From NCBI GenBank assembly GCA_963702425.1, contig CAVPCQ010000011.1, positions 192,001 through 256,000 of the forward strand: a stretch of DNA of 64,000 bases. Direction: 5' to 3'. The position numbers and the translations under genes are program-made. Source of the DNA: an uncultured Acidobacteriota bacterium (lineage in GTDB: Bacteria; Acidobacteriota; Polarisedimenticolia; J045). Position 1 is the first letter of the stretch; every line of letters starts with the position of its first letter. Positions 52,616-63,037 of this stretch are shown here, piece after piece. The notes beneath the pieces are model-generated. The model had not been told where the DNA came from and ran no database searches. It saw only the letters and a program-made list of their open reading frames with translations.

Positions 52616-55600
52616 CTACCAGGCCCCGCGCCGCGGATCGCCCGGCAGGTCGGCCAGCAGCACCTCGACCGCCTTCGCCAGCTGCGCGTCGTCGGCCGCG
52701 GCCATGTCCTGGTGCGGCGGCTGCTCGACCGGCACGTCGGGCACCGCGCCGTTGTTCTCCATGTTCACGCCCGTCCCCGCGACGTACCAGCCGCGCGTCG
52801 GCAGGCGGACCAGCGCGCCGTCGAGCACCTGCGTGCCGCCGGTCGAGATCACCGCGCCGAAGGTCGGCCACCCGACGACCTTGCCACGGCCGAGCGTCTT
52901 GAAGGCGTGGGAGAAGATCTCGGCGTTGGAGTAGGACTCGTCGTTGCAGACCGTGACCGCCGGCCGGGTCCAGGCCGCGAGCGGCAGCCGCTCCTGAGCG
53001 TAGGCCTTGACCTCCTTTGACGCGTCGCGCTCGACGGTCCAGGCGTGGCGCTTCACGCTGAGCACCGCCATCAGGTAGTCGGTCGTCCAGCCGCCGCCGT
53101 TGTTGCGGACGTCGATCACCAGCCCCTCCCTGCCGTGCGCGGCGGCGTAGAGGTCGCGCTCGAACTCCTCGAACGACGGCATGTCCATCGCCGGGATGTG
53201 GAGGTACCCGAGCCGGCCGCCCGAGAGCTGCTCGACCAGTTCGCGCCGCTGCCGGACCCAGGCTTCGCGGCGCCACTCCTGCTGTTGTGCGAAGGCTGCC
53301 GGGATGACGACCGCGGTCCGCTCCCTGCCGTCGGCGCCGAGGATCGTCAGCGGGACCCGCTGGCCGACGGTGTCGGCGAAGAGCGCGTAGACGTCCTGGT
53401 CGGCGCGCACCTTCTGGCCGCCGACGGCGAGGATCCGCTCGCCGGGCTGCAGGGCGACGTCTACCCGCGCCGCCGGCGAGTCGGGGAGCACTTCGCGCAC
53501 GCGGATCCCGGGCCCTCCGGCCGCGGCGTCGAAGAGCGCGCCGATGAAGCCGGTCGTCTCGCCCCCGGCGGCGCCCGCCGCGCCGCCGCCCTGCGGCCGG
53601 TACCCCATGTGCGAGGCGTTCAACTCGTCGAGCATCAGGTTCATCACGTCGGCGAAGTCTTCCGGGGTCGAGGCCGCGAGCGCCCAGGGCCGGTACTTCT
53701 CGCGCTGCGCCGGCCAGTCGACGCCGTGGAACTGCGGGTCGTAGAAGTTCTCGTCGAGCGCGCGCCAGGCCTCGTCGACGACGGCCCCGCGCAGTGCCGG
53801 CAGGTCGACCTCGGTGCGCGCCGCGAACGGCAGCGGGTCGCCCGCCTTGCCGTCGAGCGCGACGCGGCCGAGCGTCCCCTTGCCGTCGAGGAAGATGAGC
53901 GTCGTTCCCTTCTCGTCCGGCTCGATCACCGACGGCGCGCGGCCGCCCGTGGTCAGCCGTTTCTGATCCTTGCCGTCCCAGCGGACCGAGTAGAGGTCGC
54001 GCTCGGCCTCGAACTCCGCGGTGAAGACGATCCGCTTGCCGCCGTCCGCGAAGCCGGGGGCCCCCTCGTCCCCCTTCAGCTCCGTCACCGGCTCGGCGCG
54101 CTCCCAGAGCCGCTCGAAGTCGATCGTCACGACCGGGAGCTTCTTCTCGTCTTTCTTCTCGGCGGACTTCCCGGACGACTTCCCGCCAGCGGCCTTGCCA
54201 CCCTTCTTCTCATCCGCCCCCTTCCGGGACTCCTTCTGGCTCGCGTCCTCGTCGTCCTTCTTCGGCTCCGGCTTGTCGTTCCAGACCTTCAGCCACTCCT
54301 CCGGCGTGCGCTCGTCGTCGGCTCGCGTCAGCCAGACCGACCAGACATCCAGGGTGCTGGCATGGCGGCGGGAGAGCCAGATCAGCCTCCGGCCGTCGGG
54401 CGACCAGGCCGGGGCGAGGTCGTTGTCGGGATGCCGGCTGACGTTGTAGGGCTCGCCCCCCGCGAGCGACAGGACGAAGACCTCGCTGTTGGCGTTCTCG
54501 TCCTCCTGCGCGTAGGCGATGAACTTCCCGTCCGGCGACCAGGCGACCTGGGGCGCGCTGAAGTGCGTGAAGAGCACGCGCGCGTTACCGCCGTCGGCGT
54601 CGGCGACGACCAGCTCCCCGCGTCCGCGCACGAAGAGCAGCTGCTTGCCGTCGGGCGAGAACTCGGGCGCGCGCTCGTGAGCCGGCGTGGCCGTCAGCGC
54701 CGTCACCGGGAACTCGAAGTTCTCGGTCCAGTCCTTCGCGTCGTCGGCGCGGCGCGCCGCGAACAGGTCGAGGTTGCCGGTCCGCGCCGAGGCGAAGACG
54801 AGCGTCTTTCCGTCGGGACTCCAGGCCGGGTCCTGCTCGCGCTCCGGGGTGGCGGTGACTCGCACCGTTGGCGGCGCCGCGATCTCCTGGTCGTCCTTGG
54901 AGCGGACGGCGGTGACGAAGACATCCCCGCCGACGACAAGGGCGATCAGCTTGCCGTCGGGCGAGAGGGCCATGTCGGAGGCCCCGTCCTTCGCCGTCTT
55001 CCGCTCGAGTGTGTTGACCCGTGCGTCGGCGGGCAGGTCGATCGTCAGCTGCTTCGGCGGGCCGCCGGCGGGCGCCACGGTCCAGATCGCGTCCTCGAAC
55101 TCGTAGGCGACGATCGACCCGTTGGCGGCTGCACGCGGGAAGCGGACGTCGGAGCCGTCGTGCGCCGTCAGCGCGCGGGGCGCGGCGCTGCCGTCGGCCG
55201 GGACGGTGAAGACGTTCTTGCGGCCGTTCCGGGCCGAGAGGAACACCACCTGGTCCGCAGCGGTCCAGGTTGGGGCATCGTCATCGCCGTCGAAGGCCGC
55301 CAGGCGACGGTACGAGCCGTCGGTTTCGCGGACCCACAGCTCGCGGTTCGCCGAGCCGCGGTAGCCGCGGCGCGTCCAGGGGGTCCCGCCGCGCACGAAG
55401 ACGGCGCGCTCGCCACCGGGGGCGATCGACGCGCTGTGCCCCAGCGCCGACTGCCAGACGGCGGCCGTCCCCCCGCCCACCGGGACGATCCAGAGCACCG
55501 GCATCCGCGAGACCGCTTCGTCGCGCCGCGAGGCGAAGATCACGCTCTTCCCGTCCGGCGTGAAATCGACCGGCGTGTCGCCGTTCGAGGCCCAGGTCAG

Positions 55601-55924
55601 CCGCACCGGCGCTCTCGAGCCGTCGGCCGCGACGACGAAGACGTCGGCGTTGCCGTAGCGGTCGGAAGCGAAGGCGATCGACTTTCCGTCGCGCGACCAG
55701 ATCGGGAAGCGGTCGTAGGCCGGATGGGCCGTCAGCCGTCGCGCCGCTCCGCCGGCCGCCGGGACGACCCAGATGTCTCCCTGCCAGGAGAAGGCAATCG
55801 CGGTCCCGTCCGGCGACGGCGCGGGGTGCCGCGGGAGCTTCGCCTCGACGGCCAGGACCGGAAGCGCGAGGAGACCGATGAGGGCGGACAGGACGACGAG
55901 GAGCGGGAGCAGGGCGCGGCGCAT
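52616..55924 (-). CDS. tricorn-like periplasmic protease (peptidase S41 with PD40 propellers and PDZ)
   Basis: Signal peptide MRRALLPLL; many P.WSPDG PD40 repeats; LNASH, PDZ PDSPA, IDVRNNGGG, SYSNAE, T.GAV, EN.GA.PD. Confidence 0.95.
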   Translation of the reverse strand: MRRALLPLLVVLSALIGLLALPVLAVEAKLPRHPAPSPDGTAIAFSWQGDIWVVPAAGGAARRLTAHPAYDRFPIWSRDGKSIAFASDRYGNADVFVVAADGSRAPVRLTWASNGDTPVDFTPDGKSVIFASRRDEAVSRMPVLWIVPVGGGTAAVWQSALGHSASIAPGGERAVFVRGGTPWTRRGYRGSANRELWVRETDGSYRRLAAFDGDDDAPTWTAADQVVFLSARNGRKNVFTVPADGSAAPRALTAHDGSDVRFPRAAANGSIVAYEFEDAIWTVAPAGGPPKQLTIDLPADARVNTLERKTAKDGASDMALSPDGKLIALVVGGDVFVTAVRSKDDQEIAAPPTVRVTATPEREQDPAWSPDGKTLVFASARTGNLDLFAARRADDAKDWTENFEFPVTALTATPAHERAPEFSPDGKQLLFVRGRGELVVADADGGNARVLFTHFSAPQVAWSPDGKFIAYAQEDENANSEVFVLSLAGGEPYNVSRHPDNDLAPAWSPDGRRLIWLSRRHASTLDVWSVWLTRADDERTPEEWLKVWNDKPEPKKDDEDASQKESRKGADEKKGGKAAGGKSSGKSAEKKDEKKLPVVTIDFERLWERAEPVTELKGDEGAPGFADGGKRIVFTAEFEAERDLYSVRWDGKDQKRLTTGGRAPSVIEPDEKGTTLIFLDGKGTLGRVALDGKAGDPLPFAARTEVDLPALRGAVVDEAWRALDENFYDPQFHGVDWPAQREKYRPWALAASTPEDFADVMNLMLDELNASHMGYRPQGGGAAGAAGGETTGFIGALFDAAAGGPGIRVREVLPDSPAARVDVALQPGERILAVGGQKVRADQDVYALFADTVGQRVPLTILGADGRERTAVVIPAAFAQQQEWRREAWVRQRRELVEQLSGGRLGYLHIPAMDMPSFEEFERDLYAAAHGREGLVIDVRNNGGGWTTDYLMAVLSVKRHAWTVERDASKEVKAYAQERLPLAAWTRPAVTVCNDESYSNAEIFSHAFKTLGRGKVVGWPTFGAVISTGGTQVLDGALVRLPTRGWYVAGTGVNMENNGAVPDVPVEQPPHQDMAAADDAQLAKAVEVLLADLPGDPRRGAW

Positions 55925-56119
55925 GCGGGAGTCCTCGGGGCGGGGCCCGCGGACGGCCGCGGGCCGGGCAGATGGGGGGAAGCCTACCCGCCCACCGGGA
56001 TCCCGCGCATCCCCGGGGCCCCGGGGGCCGCCGCGGGACGCCCGCGATCGGCCCCGCCGAGCCTTGGCGCGCCCCGCGCCCGCCGTGGGAGACTCCCCGC
56101 CCGGAGGACCGTGATGACC

Positions 56120-58826
56120 ATGAAAGACCTGGTGCGTGCCGCCGCGCCCGCCCTGATCGCCGGCGCGCTCGGCCAGGGCCGCGCCCTTGCCTTCACCGCC
56201 GAGACCACCACCCTGCCCAACGGCATGACCGTGATCCTCCACCAGGACCGCCGGCTGCCGCAGGTCGCGATCAACATCTGGTACGCGGTCGGCTCCAAGG
56301 ACGAGGCGCCGGGGCGCAGCGGCTTCGCGCACCTGTTCGAGCACCTGATGTTCATGGGCACGCACCGCGTGCCGGAGAACCAGTTCGACGTGCTGATGGA
56401 GTCGGGCGGCGGGGCCAACAACGCCTCGACCAGCAACGACAAGACGAACTACTACTCGTGGGGCCCATCGTCGGTCCTGCCGACGCTGCTGTGGCTCGAC
56501 GCCGACCGCCTGGAGCAGCTCGGCGACGCGATGACGCAGCAGAAGCTCGACCTGCAGCGCGACGTCGTCCGCAACGAGCGGCGCCAGACGGTGGAAAACG
56601 CGCCCTACGGGATCGCCGAGCTGATCCTGCCCGGAGGCGATGTACCCGCCGGGCCACCCCTACCACCACCCGGTGATCGGCAGCCACGAGGACCTGCAGG
56701 CGGCGACGCTGCAGGACGTCAAGGACTTCTTCGCGGCCTACTACGTCCCCGGCAACGCCAGCCTCGTCGTCGCCGGCGACTTCGACCCGGCGGCGATGAA
56801 GGCGCTGATCGCGAAGACCTTCGGCGCGATCCCCGCGAAGCCGCTGCCCGAGCACCGCGAGGCGCCGCCGATCGTGCTCGAGCGCGAGGTGCGGCGGCTG
56901 GCGACCGACAAGGTCGAGAACGGCAAGCTCTTCCTGGTCTGGCCCGGTCCGAAGCCGATGACGACCGGCGCCGCGAACCTCGACCTCGTCGCGCGCGTCC
57001 TGGCCGACGGCAGCTCGAGCCGGCTGGTCAAGCGGCTGGTGCTCGACCTCGAGCTGGCGCAGAACGTCGACGTCTACTTCGACGAGCTGGAGCTGGGCGG
57101 GGAGTTCCATGTCCACGTCCTGGCGAAGCCCGGCGCAGACCTCGAGGCGATCAAGCGCGAGACGCTGGCCGTGCTGGCCGGACTGCAGGAGGCGGGCCCG
57201 ACCGCGGCCGAACTGCAGCGCGCCCAGGCGATGGAGGAGACGGCGTTCCGGCGGCGCTCCGAGGACCTCAACCGCCGCGCCGACATGCTCAACCGCTACT
57301 ACTACTTCTACGGCACGCCCGACGGCTTCGAGCGCGACCTGGCGCGCTACCGCACGGCGACCGCGGAGAGCGTGCGCGACGCGGCGCGCGCGCTGGGCGA
57401 GGGACGGGTCGACCTGCGGATCGTCCCGATCGGCGCGGCGTCGGCCGAGAACGCGCTCGACATGCGGCCGGGTCCGGCGCCGGCCGGCGCCTTCACGCCC
57501 CCCGCGCCGCAGGAATTCAAGCTGGCCAACGGGGCGAGCGTGGCGTTCGTGCCGGTCCCCGGCGCGGGCCTGTTCACGGGCCGCGCGATCTTCGACGGCG
57601 GCGAGCGGGCCGTCCCGGCCAGCGAGGCCGGGCTGACGCCGCTGCTGGCAACGCTGCTGACCTCGGGCGCCGGGGGGCGCGACGCGTCGCAGTTCGCCGA
57701 CGCGGTCCAGTCGCTGGGGGCCTCGATCGCTGCCGAGGGGACCCGCCACGTGCTGGTGGCCGGCGTCTCCGGCCTCTCGTCGAACCTGGGGCCGACACTC
57801 GACCTGTTCGCCGACGCGTTGCTGCGCCCGGCGTTCACGGAGTCCGACTTCGCGCGCGAGAAGTCGCTGGCCCTGGCGCGGATCGGCGCGCGCGCCGAGC
57901 GGCCGACGCAGGTCGCGCAGCTCGTCGCGCTGGCCGGGCTCTTCGGACCGGACGACCTGCGCGGCCGCCCCGCCGACGGCAGTGCGAAGTCGGTCGGGGC
58001 GCTGACGCTGGCGGAGCTGAAGGCCGCGTACCCGGCCCTGGTCAACCCGGCGCGGGCGCGCTTCGTCTTCGCGGGCGACCTCGACCCGGCGGCGCTCGAG
58101 GCGGCGCTCGAGGCGCGCTTCGGCACCGCGAAGCCGGCGGCGGGAACGGCGGTACCGCCGGCGCGTCCGGCGCCGGTCGCTTCGGGCCCCGGCCACCGGA
58201 TCCTGCTCGTCGACCGCCCCGCCGCGCCGCAGACGGTGATCCTGCTCGCGCGCCCGGTCGCTCCCGTGGACGAGACCAGCCGCGGACGGCGCGCAATCTT
58301 GAACACCCTGTTCGGCGGCAGCTTCACCTCCCGCCTCAACCAGAACCTGCGCGAGGACAAGGGGTACACCTACGGCGCGCGCAGCCAGTTCTCGCAGGAC
58401 GGGGCGCAGCCGCTGCTCGTTGCGTCCGCTTCGGTCCAGACCGAGGTGACCGCCGCGGCGCTCGGCGAATTCAAGAAGGAGTTCGCCGGGTTGGCCTCGG
58501 GCAACGTCACGGCCGAGGAGTTCTCCAAGGCGCGCGAGACCGCGCGGCACGACCTGGTCGAGGCGATCGCGACGACCTCCGCCACGGCCGAGGTCTTCGG
58601 CGGCTTCGTCGTCCAGGAGCGGCCGCTCGACGCGCTGGCCCGGCAGCTGGCCGCGCTCGACGCGGCGACGCTCGAGGCGGTCAACGCCGACGCGCGCTCG
58701 GGGCTCTACGACTGGAACGCGCTGACCGTGGTGCTGGTCGGCGACGCGGCGGCGATCGTGCCGCAGCTCGAGAAGGCCGGGTTCGGGGCGCCGCAGCGGG
58801 TCGACCTGGAGGGGCGGCCGCGCTGA
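56120..58826 (+). CDS. M16 (pitrilysin/PqqL-like) zinc protease; one extra base near 56630 splits the ORF
   Basis: VGSKDE..G.SGFAHLFEHLMF, VRNERRQ; CTGCCCGGAGGCGATG restores L-P-E-A-M-Y-P if one base is removed; HPY.HPVIG, SRL..NLREDKGYTYG. Confidence 0.9.
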
Positions 58827-58962
58827 GGGCGCGGCCGCTTCCCCACCCCCGTCCATAGCCTTTCGAGCCGTCCGGGTTATCATGGGTTTCTCGACCGCGT
58901 TCGACAGAGACGCGGGCGGCGGGCGCTCCATTCGCATTGCTTTCGCCGCCGACGGAGTCCGG

Positions 58963-60126
58963 ATGGTGAAGTCCCCCCTGAAACGCCTGCGCCTCAAGGG
59001 GAAGTCGCTCCTCCCGATCGTCCAGGGGGGGATGGGGGTAGGCGTCTCCTCGCACCGCCTCGCCGGGGCCGTCGCCCGCGAGGGGGCCGTCGGGACGATC
59101 GCCAGCATCGACCTCAGGCACCACCACCCCGACCTCCTCGCCACGACGCGCGACTGCCGCGACCAGGTGCGGATCGACGCCGCGAACAAGGTCGCCCTCG
59201 ACCGGGAGATCCGCGCCGCGCGCGCGGTCGCCGGCGGCGAGGGGCTGGTGGCGGTCAACGTGATGAAGGCGGTGACCTGCCACGCCGAGCTGGTCCGTCA
59301 GTCCTGCGAGAGCGGGGCGGACGCGATCGTGATGGGGGCCGGGCTGCCGCTCGATCTCCCCGAGTTGACGGCGGGCCACCCCGACGTCGCGCTGGTCCCG
59401 ATCCTCTCCGACGCGCGCGGGATCGCCGTGCTGGTCAAGCGCTGGCTGCGCAGGAACCGCCTGCCCGACGCGATCGTGATCGAGCACCCGCGCTACGCCG
59501 GCGGCCACCTGGGCGTGGCGCGCGCCGAGGACGTCGGCGAGGAGCGCTTCGACTTCGCGCGCGTGCTCGAGTCGGCGTTCGAGTTATGGCGGGAGTTCGG
59601 TATCGAACGAGAATCGATACCGCTGATCCCCGCCGGCGGGATCAACTCGCACGAGAAGATCGCGGCGCTGCTCGACCTGGGCGCAGCCGCGGTGCAGGTC
59701 GGCACGCCGTTCGCGGTGACCGCGGAGGGAGACGCGCACCCGAACTTCAAGCGCGTGCTGGCCCGCGCGCGGCCGGAGCAGATCATCACCTTCATGAGCG
59801 CCGCCGGGCTCCCGGCCCGTGCCGTGCTCACGCCGTGGCTGGAGCGCTACCTCGAGATGGAGTCGCGGCTGCAGGATCGCGCCGGCCGCTTCCGGGACCG
59901 CTGCACCTCGGCCTTCAACTGCCTGTCCCACTGCGGCCTACGCGACGGGATCGCCAAGATGGGGCAGTTCTGCATCGACGCCCAGCTGGCCGCGGCGCTG
60001 CGCGGCGACGTCGAGCGCGGCCTGTTCTTCCGCGGCTCGGAGAGCCTGCCCTTTGGCGAGCAGATCCGGTCGGTCCGCGAGCTGCTCGACTACCTGCTCA
60101 GCGGGACCGAACCGGCGACGGCATAG
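58963..60126 (+). CDS. nitronate-monooxygenase-family flavoprotein, FabX/UfaA-like with C-terminal Cys cluster
   Basis: PIVQGGMGVG, GAGLP, AGGHLG, AGGI, VQVGT.F; C-terminal C....C...C...FCI. Confidence 0.85.
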   Translation: MVKSPLKRLRLKGKSLLPIVQGGMGVGVSSHRLAGAVAREGAVGTIASIDLRHHHPDLLATTRDCRDQVRIDAANKVALDREIRAARAVAGGEGLVAVNVMKAVTCHAELVRQSCESGADAIVMGAGLPLDLPELTAGHPDVALVPILSDARGIAVLVKRWLRRNRLPDAIVIEHPRYAGGHLGVARAEDVGEERFDFARVLESAFELWREFGIERESIPLIPAGGINSHEKIAALLDLGAAAVQVGTPFAVTAEGDAHPNFKRVLARARPEQIITFMSAAGLPARAVLTPWLERYLEMESRLQDRAGRFRDRCTSAFNCLSHCGLRDGIAKMGQFCIDAQLAAALRGDVERGLFFRGSESLPFGEQIRSVRELLDYLLSGTEPATA

Positions 60127-60153
60127 GCCGGGCCGCTCCGGGCGGCGCGGGCA

Positions 60154-60720
60154 TCAGGCGCGCGCTTCGGCGAGGGCCCGCTCCAGCAGCGTCGCCAGCC
60201 CGCGCGCGATCGCCTGCCCGGTCAGGTAGCCGAGGTCGAGCGTTTCCTGCTGGATCCGCATCACGCCGACGACGTCGGACCACTGGCGATCCGACACCTC
60301 GCCACCGAGCCGGAACCAGTCGAGCTTGGCCAGGACCGTGTCCTCGGCGCTCGCCACCCTCAGCGTGTCGGATCCCACGCCGGTGACCCGCGAGCGGCGC
60401 AGCTCTTCCGCAAAACGGGTTCGGTCGGCGGGGAGGAAAACGTCGACCTTCAGCATCGAATCGAGCCGGACCACGTTGAAGTGACTGTGGCGAATCACCG
60501 CCTGGGCGACGGTCTCCCGATCCACGTAGTAGGCGTCGCCCAACGCTCGGCAGAACGGCTCGACCTGGGCTGCCCCGATCTCCGCGACGAAGTCGATGTC
60601 GCGCGTCGCCCGCGGCTCGCCGTGGATCGACGAGGCCAGGGAGCCGGCGAGGTAGTACGGGATACCGAGTTGCTCGAAGAGGTGCGCGACCTCGATCGCC
60701 AGCTCGACCGGCCGGGTCAC
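60154..60720 (-). CDS. nucleotidyltransferase toxin, MenT1-like
   Basis: Y.LAGSLA...GEPRATRDID, KVD, ASAED..LAKL, D; GTG overlaps the upstream stop (GTGA). Confidence 0.75.
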   Translation of the reverse strand: MTRPVELAIEVAHLFEQLGIPYYLAGSLASSIHGEPRATRDIDFVAEIGAAQVEPFCRALGDAYYVDRETVAQAVIRHSHFNVVRLDSMLKVDVFLPADRTRFAEELRRSRVTGVGSDTLRVASAEDTVLAKLDWFRLGGEVSDRQWSDVVGVMRIQQETLDLGYLTGQAIARGLATLLERALAEARA

Positions 60721-60992
60721 GAGCTCACTCTCCCCGAGCTGGCGCATTCCGCGGCGGCGTTCGCGGCCGCGGCCGCCAGCTCGCGGCCGAGCCGGATCTC
60801 GGCCAGCCGCCGCATCAGCTCCGCCTCGTCGGCCGTTGGATGTCGCAGCCGAAGCCCGGCGAGGACCAGCTCGTCGAGGGCCTCGCACATCTCCCCGGCC
60901 AGCTCGAGGCGCCGCTCGGGGGTCATGCGCCGATATCCCTCGACGATCAGCCGGACGACGGCCGGGGCGGTGTCGCTGAGGCCTCGCTCCAT
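60717..60992 (-). CDS. small helical antitoxin, MenA1 (Rv0078B)-like
   Basis: 91 aa; DT.P..YRRMTPERRL..A.EM...GLR.RHP.A.E.EL; translationally coupled to the NTase. Confidence 0.72.
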   Translation of the reverse strand: MERGLSDTAPAVVRLIVEGYRRMTPERRLELAGEMCEALDELVLAGLRLRHPTADEAELMRRLAEIRLGRELAAAAANAAAECASSGRVSS

Positions 60993-61106
60993 GCGGGGTT
61001 GATGCCACGGGTGAGGGCCCACGTCAACGGAAGGCGGGCGGCATGGGCGGATCCCCCTGCTCCGTCCCGTTCGGCATGCCCGCCCCAAGCAAGCCCCTCC
61101 GCCGGG

Positions 61107-62726
61107 TCAGGGCGGGTGGCGCGGAGCCGCCCGGCGCGCGCGCACGATCTCGAGCGACTGGCGGGCGGCCGCGTGGCCGGGTTCGATGGCGAGAGCCCGC
61201 TCGAAGGAACGAACGGCCGCGTCGAGATCGCCGAGCTTCGCCTGCGCGACGCCGCGGTTCTGCAGGGCATCGGCGTAGTCGGGGTCGAGCCGCAGCGCGG
61301 CGTCGCAGGCGGCCAGCGCCTCCCGCGGCGCGCCCCCCTGGCCGCGCGCGAAGCAGAGATCGTTCCAGGCCTTCTTCGAGCGCGGGTTGATCCGGATCGC
61401 CTGCTCGAACTCCCGCGCGGCTTCGTCGAGCCGGCCCTTCCGGGCCAGTTCCACGCCCAGCATGTCGTGGGCCTGGAAGTTGTTCCCGGTCACGGCCAGC
61501 GCGCGCTCGAACAGCGCCGTCGAATCGCGCCAGGTTGCGACCTGCATGCGTGCCGCGAGCGCCAGCGCGACCACCGCCGCGGTGGCCGCCGCGGCGGACG
61601 CCACGACGAGCGGACGTGCTCGCGGCCGCAGGCTCCACGCCGCGGCCAGCGCGAGCCCGATCAGCGGCAGGTAGGTGTACCGGTCGGCGCGCGCCTGGGA
61701 CCCGACCTGCAGCAGGCCGAGCACCGGAACGAGCATCCCCATGTGCCAGAACCAGCCGGTCGGCAGCCAGGGCGCCCGGCGCCGGAGCGCCAGCGCGCCG
61801 ATCGTCGCCGCCAGGACGAACACTGCCGACGCGGCCAGCGCGCCCGCGCTGACCCCGTCCGCGGGATGCGGGTAGAGCACGGCGAGCCCGCTCGGCCAGG
61901 CGGCCTTGAGCGGGTACCAGGCCAGCGAGACGACGGCGTTCTCGAGCCGGGCTCCCAGCGGCAGCGCGTCGACGGCGGCGACCGCACCGGCGCGCTCCTG
62001 CACCAGGAAGGTCACGACGCTGGCCGCCGCCGCGAGCGCGAAGAGCGGCAGCTTCTCGCGGACCAGCGGGACCAGCGCGCGAAGCGGTCCGCCCCAGGAG
62101 GCGCGGCCCAGCGGCCACGCGTCGAGCAGCAGCAGGACGAACGGCGCGGTCACCAGCATCGGCTTGGCCATCAGCCCCAGCGCGAGGAAGAGGCCGACCC
62201 AGGCCATGCGAGCCCGCGACGGCGCTCTCGCATGGCGCTCGTAGGACAAAAGGACGAGCGCGAAGAACAGGCCCGAGAGGACGTCCTTGCGCTCCGCCAC
62301 CCAGGCGACCGATTCGACGTGCAGCGGATGGACGGCGAAGACCGCGGCCACGAAGGCGCTTCGCACCAGGTCCGAGGTCATCCGGCGCAGGGCCTCGAAG
62401 AGCAGGAGCGCCGTCGCCACGTGCAGCGACAGGCTCGTGCGATGGTGCGCACCGGGGTCGAGGCCGAACAGCGTTACGTCGAGCTGGTGGGAGAGCCAGG
62501 TCAGCGGATGCCAGTTGCCCGCGTGCCCGGTCGTCAGCGCCCACGCGATGCCGTGGGGTGTCAGGCCGCCCCGCACCTCCGGGTTGTCGACGACGTAGGC
62601 TTCGTCGTCGTACTGGACGAACGGATGATGAGTGATCGGCCAGAAGACCGCGATCGTCAGCAGGGCGAGCGCGGCCGCCAGCGCGATGCGCGGCGCCGCG
62701 GGCGGGGCGTGCGAGCGACGGGTCAT
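61107..62726 (-). CDS. TMTC-like GT-C membrane glycosyltransferase with C-terminal TPRs
   Basis: FVQYDD..YV..N, WHPLTWLS, HPLHVESVAW..ERKDVL, ADRYTYLP, W.D...LF, then TPRs. Confidence 0.88.
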   Translation of the reverse strand: MTRRSHAPPAAPRIALAAALALLTIAVFWPITHHPFVQYDDEAYVVDNPEVRGGLTPHGIAWALTTGHAGNWHPLTWLSHQLDVTLFGLDPGAHHRTSLSLHVATALLLFEALRRMTSDLVRSAFVAAVFAVHPLHVESVAWVAERKDVLSGLFFALVLLSYERHARAPSRARMAWVGLFLALGLMAKPMLVTAPFVLLLLDAWPLGRASWGGPLRALVPLVREKLPLFALAAAASVVTFLVQERAGAVAAVDALPLGARLENAVVSLAWYPLKAAWPSGLAVLYPHPADGVSAGALAASAVFVLAATIGALALRRRAPWLPTGWFWHMGMLVPVLGLLQVGSQARADRYTYLPLIGLALAAAWSLRPRARPLVVASAAAATAAVVALALAARMQVATWRDSTALFERALAVTGNNFQAHDMLGVELARKGRLDEAAREFEQAIRINPRSKKAWNDLCFARGQGGAPREALAACDAALRLDPDYADALQNRGVAQAKLGDLDAAVRSFERALAIEPGHAAARQSLEIVRARRAAPRHPP

Positions 62727-62803
62727 GCCACCCGAACGATAGCCCACGCGCGCAGGGCGCAACCACTTGGCGCCATCGCGCTCCCCGGCTGCGGCCGGGT
62801 CCC

Positions 62804-63037
62804 CTATCCCCGCCCCGCCGCCCGCCGTCCGGCCTTCTGCGCCCGCGCCGGCAGTTCCGCGGCGACCGGCTCCCGCCCCGCCGCCAGGGCCCGCCTCAGG
62901 TACGACCCCGTCGCCGAGCCCGCCTCCCGCGCGACCTCCTCCGGCGACGCCTCGGCGATGATCCGCCCGCCTTCGTTCCCGCCTTCCGGCCCGAGGTCGA
63001 CCAGGTAGTCCGCGGTCTTGATCACGTCGAGGTTGTG
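62804..63037 (-). pseudogene. uvrA: orphan 3' terminal fragment (77 codons) of excinuclease ABC subunit A
   Basis: [36 protein letters not shown]...SATGSYL is the UvrA C-terminus; upstream in-frame sequence is unrelated; no start or RBS. Confidence 0.88.

Noticed and set aside
53045-58858. 1937-aa plus-strand ORF
   Set aside because: Chimera of the antisense tricorn shadow, the true M16 N-terminus and off-frame sequence after the indel.
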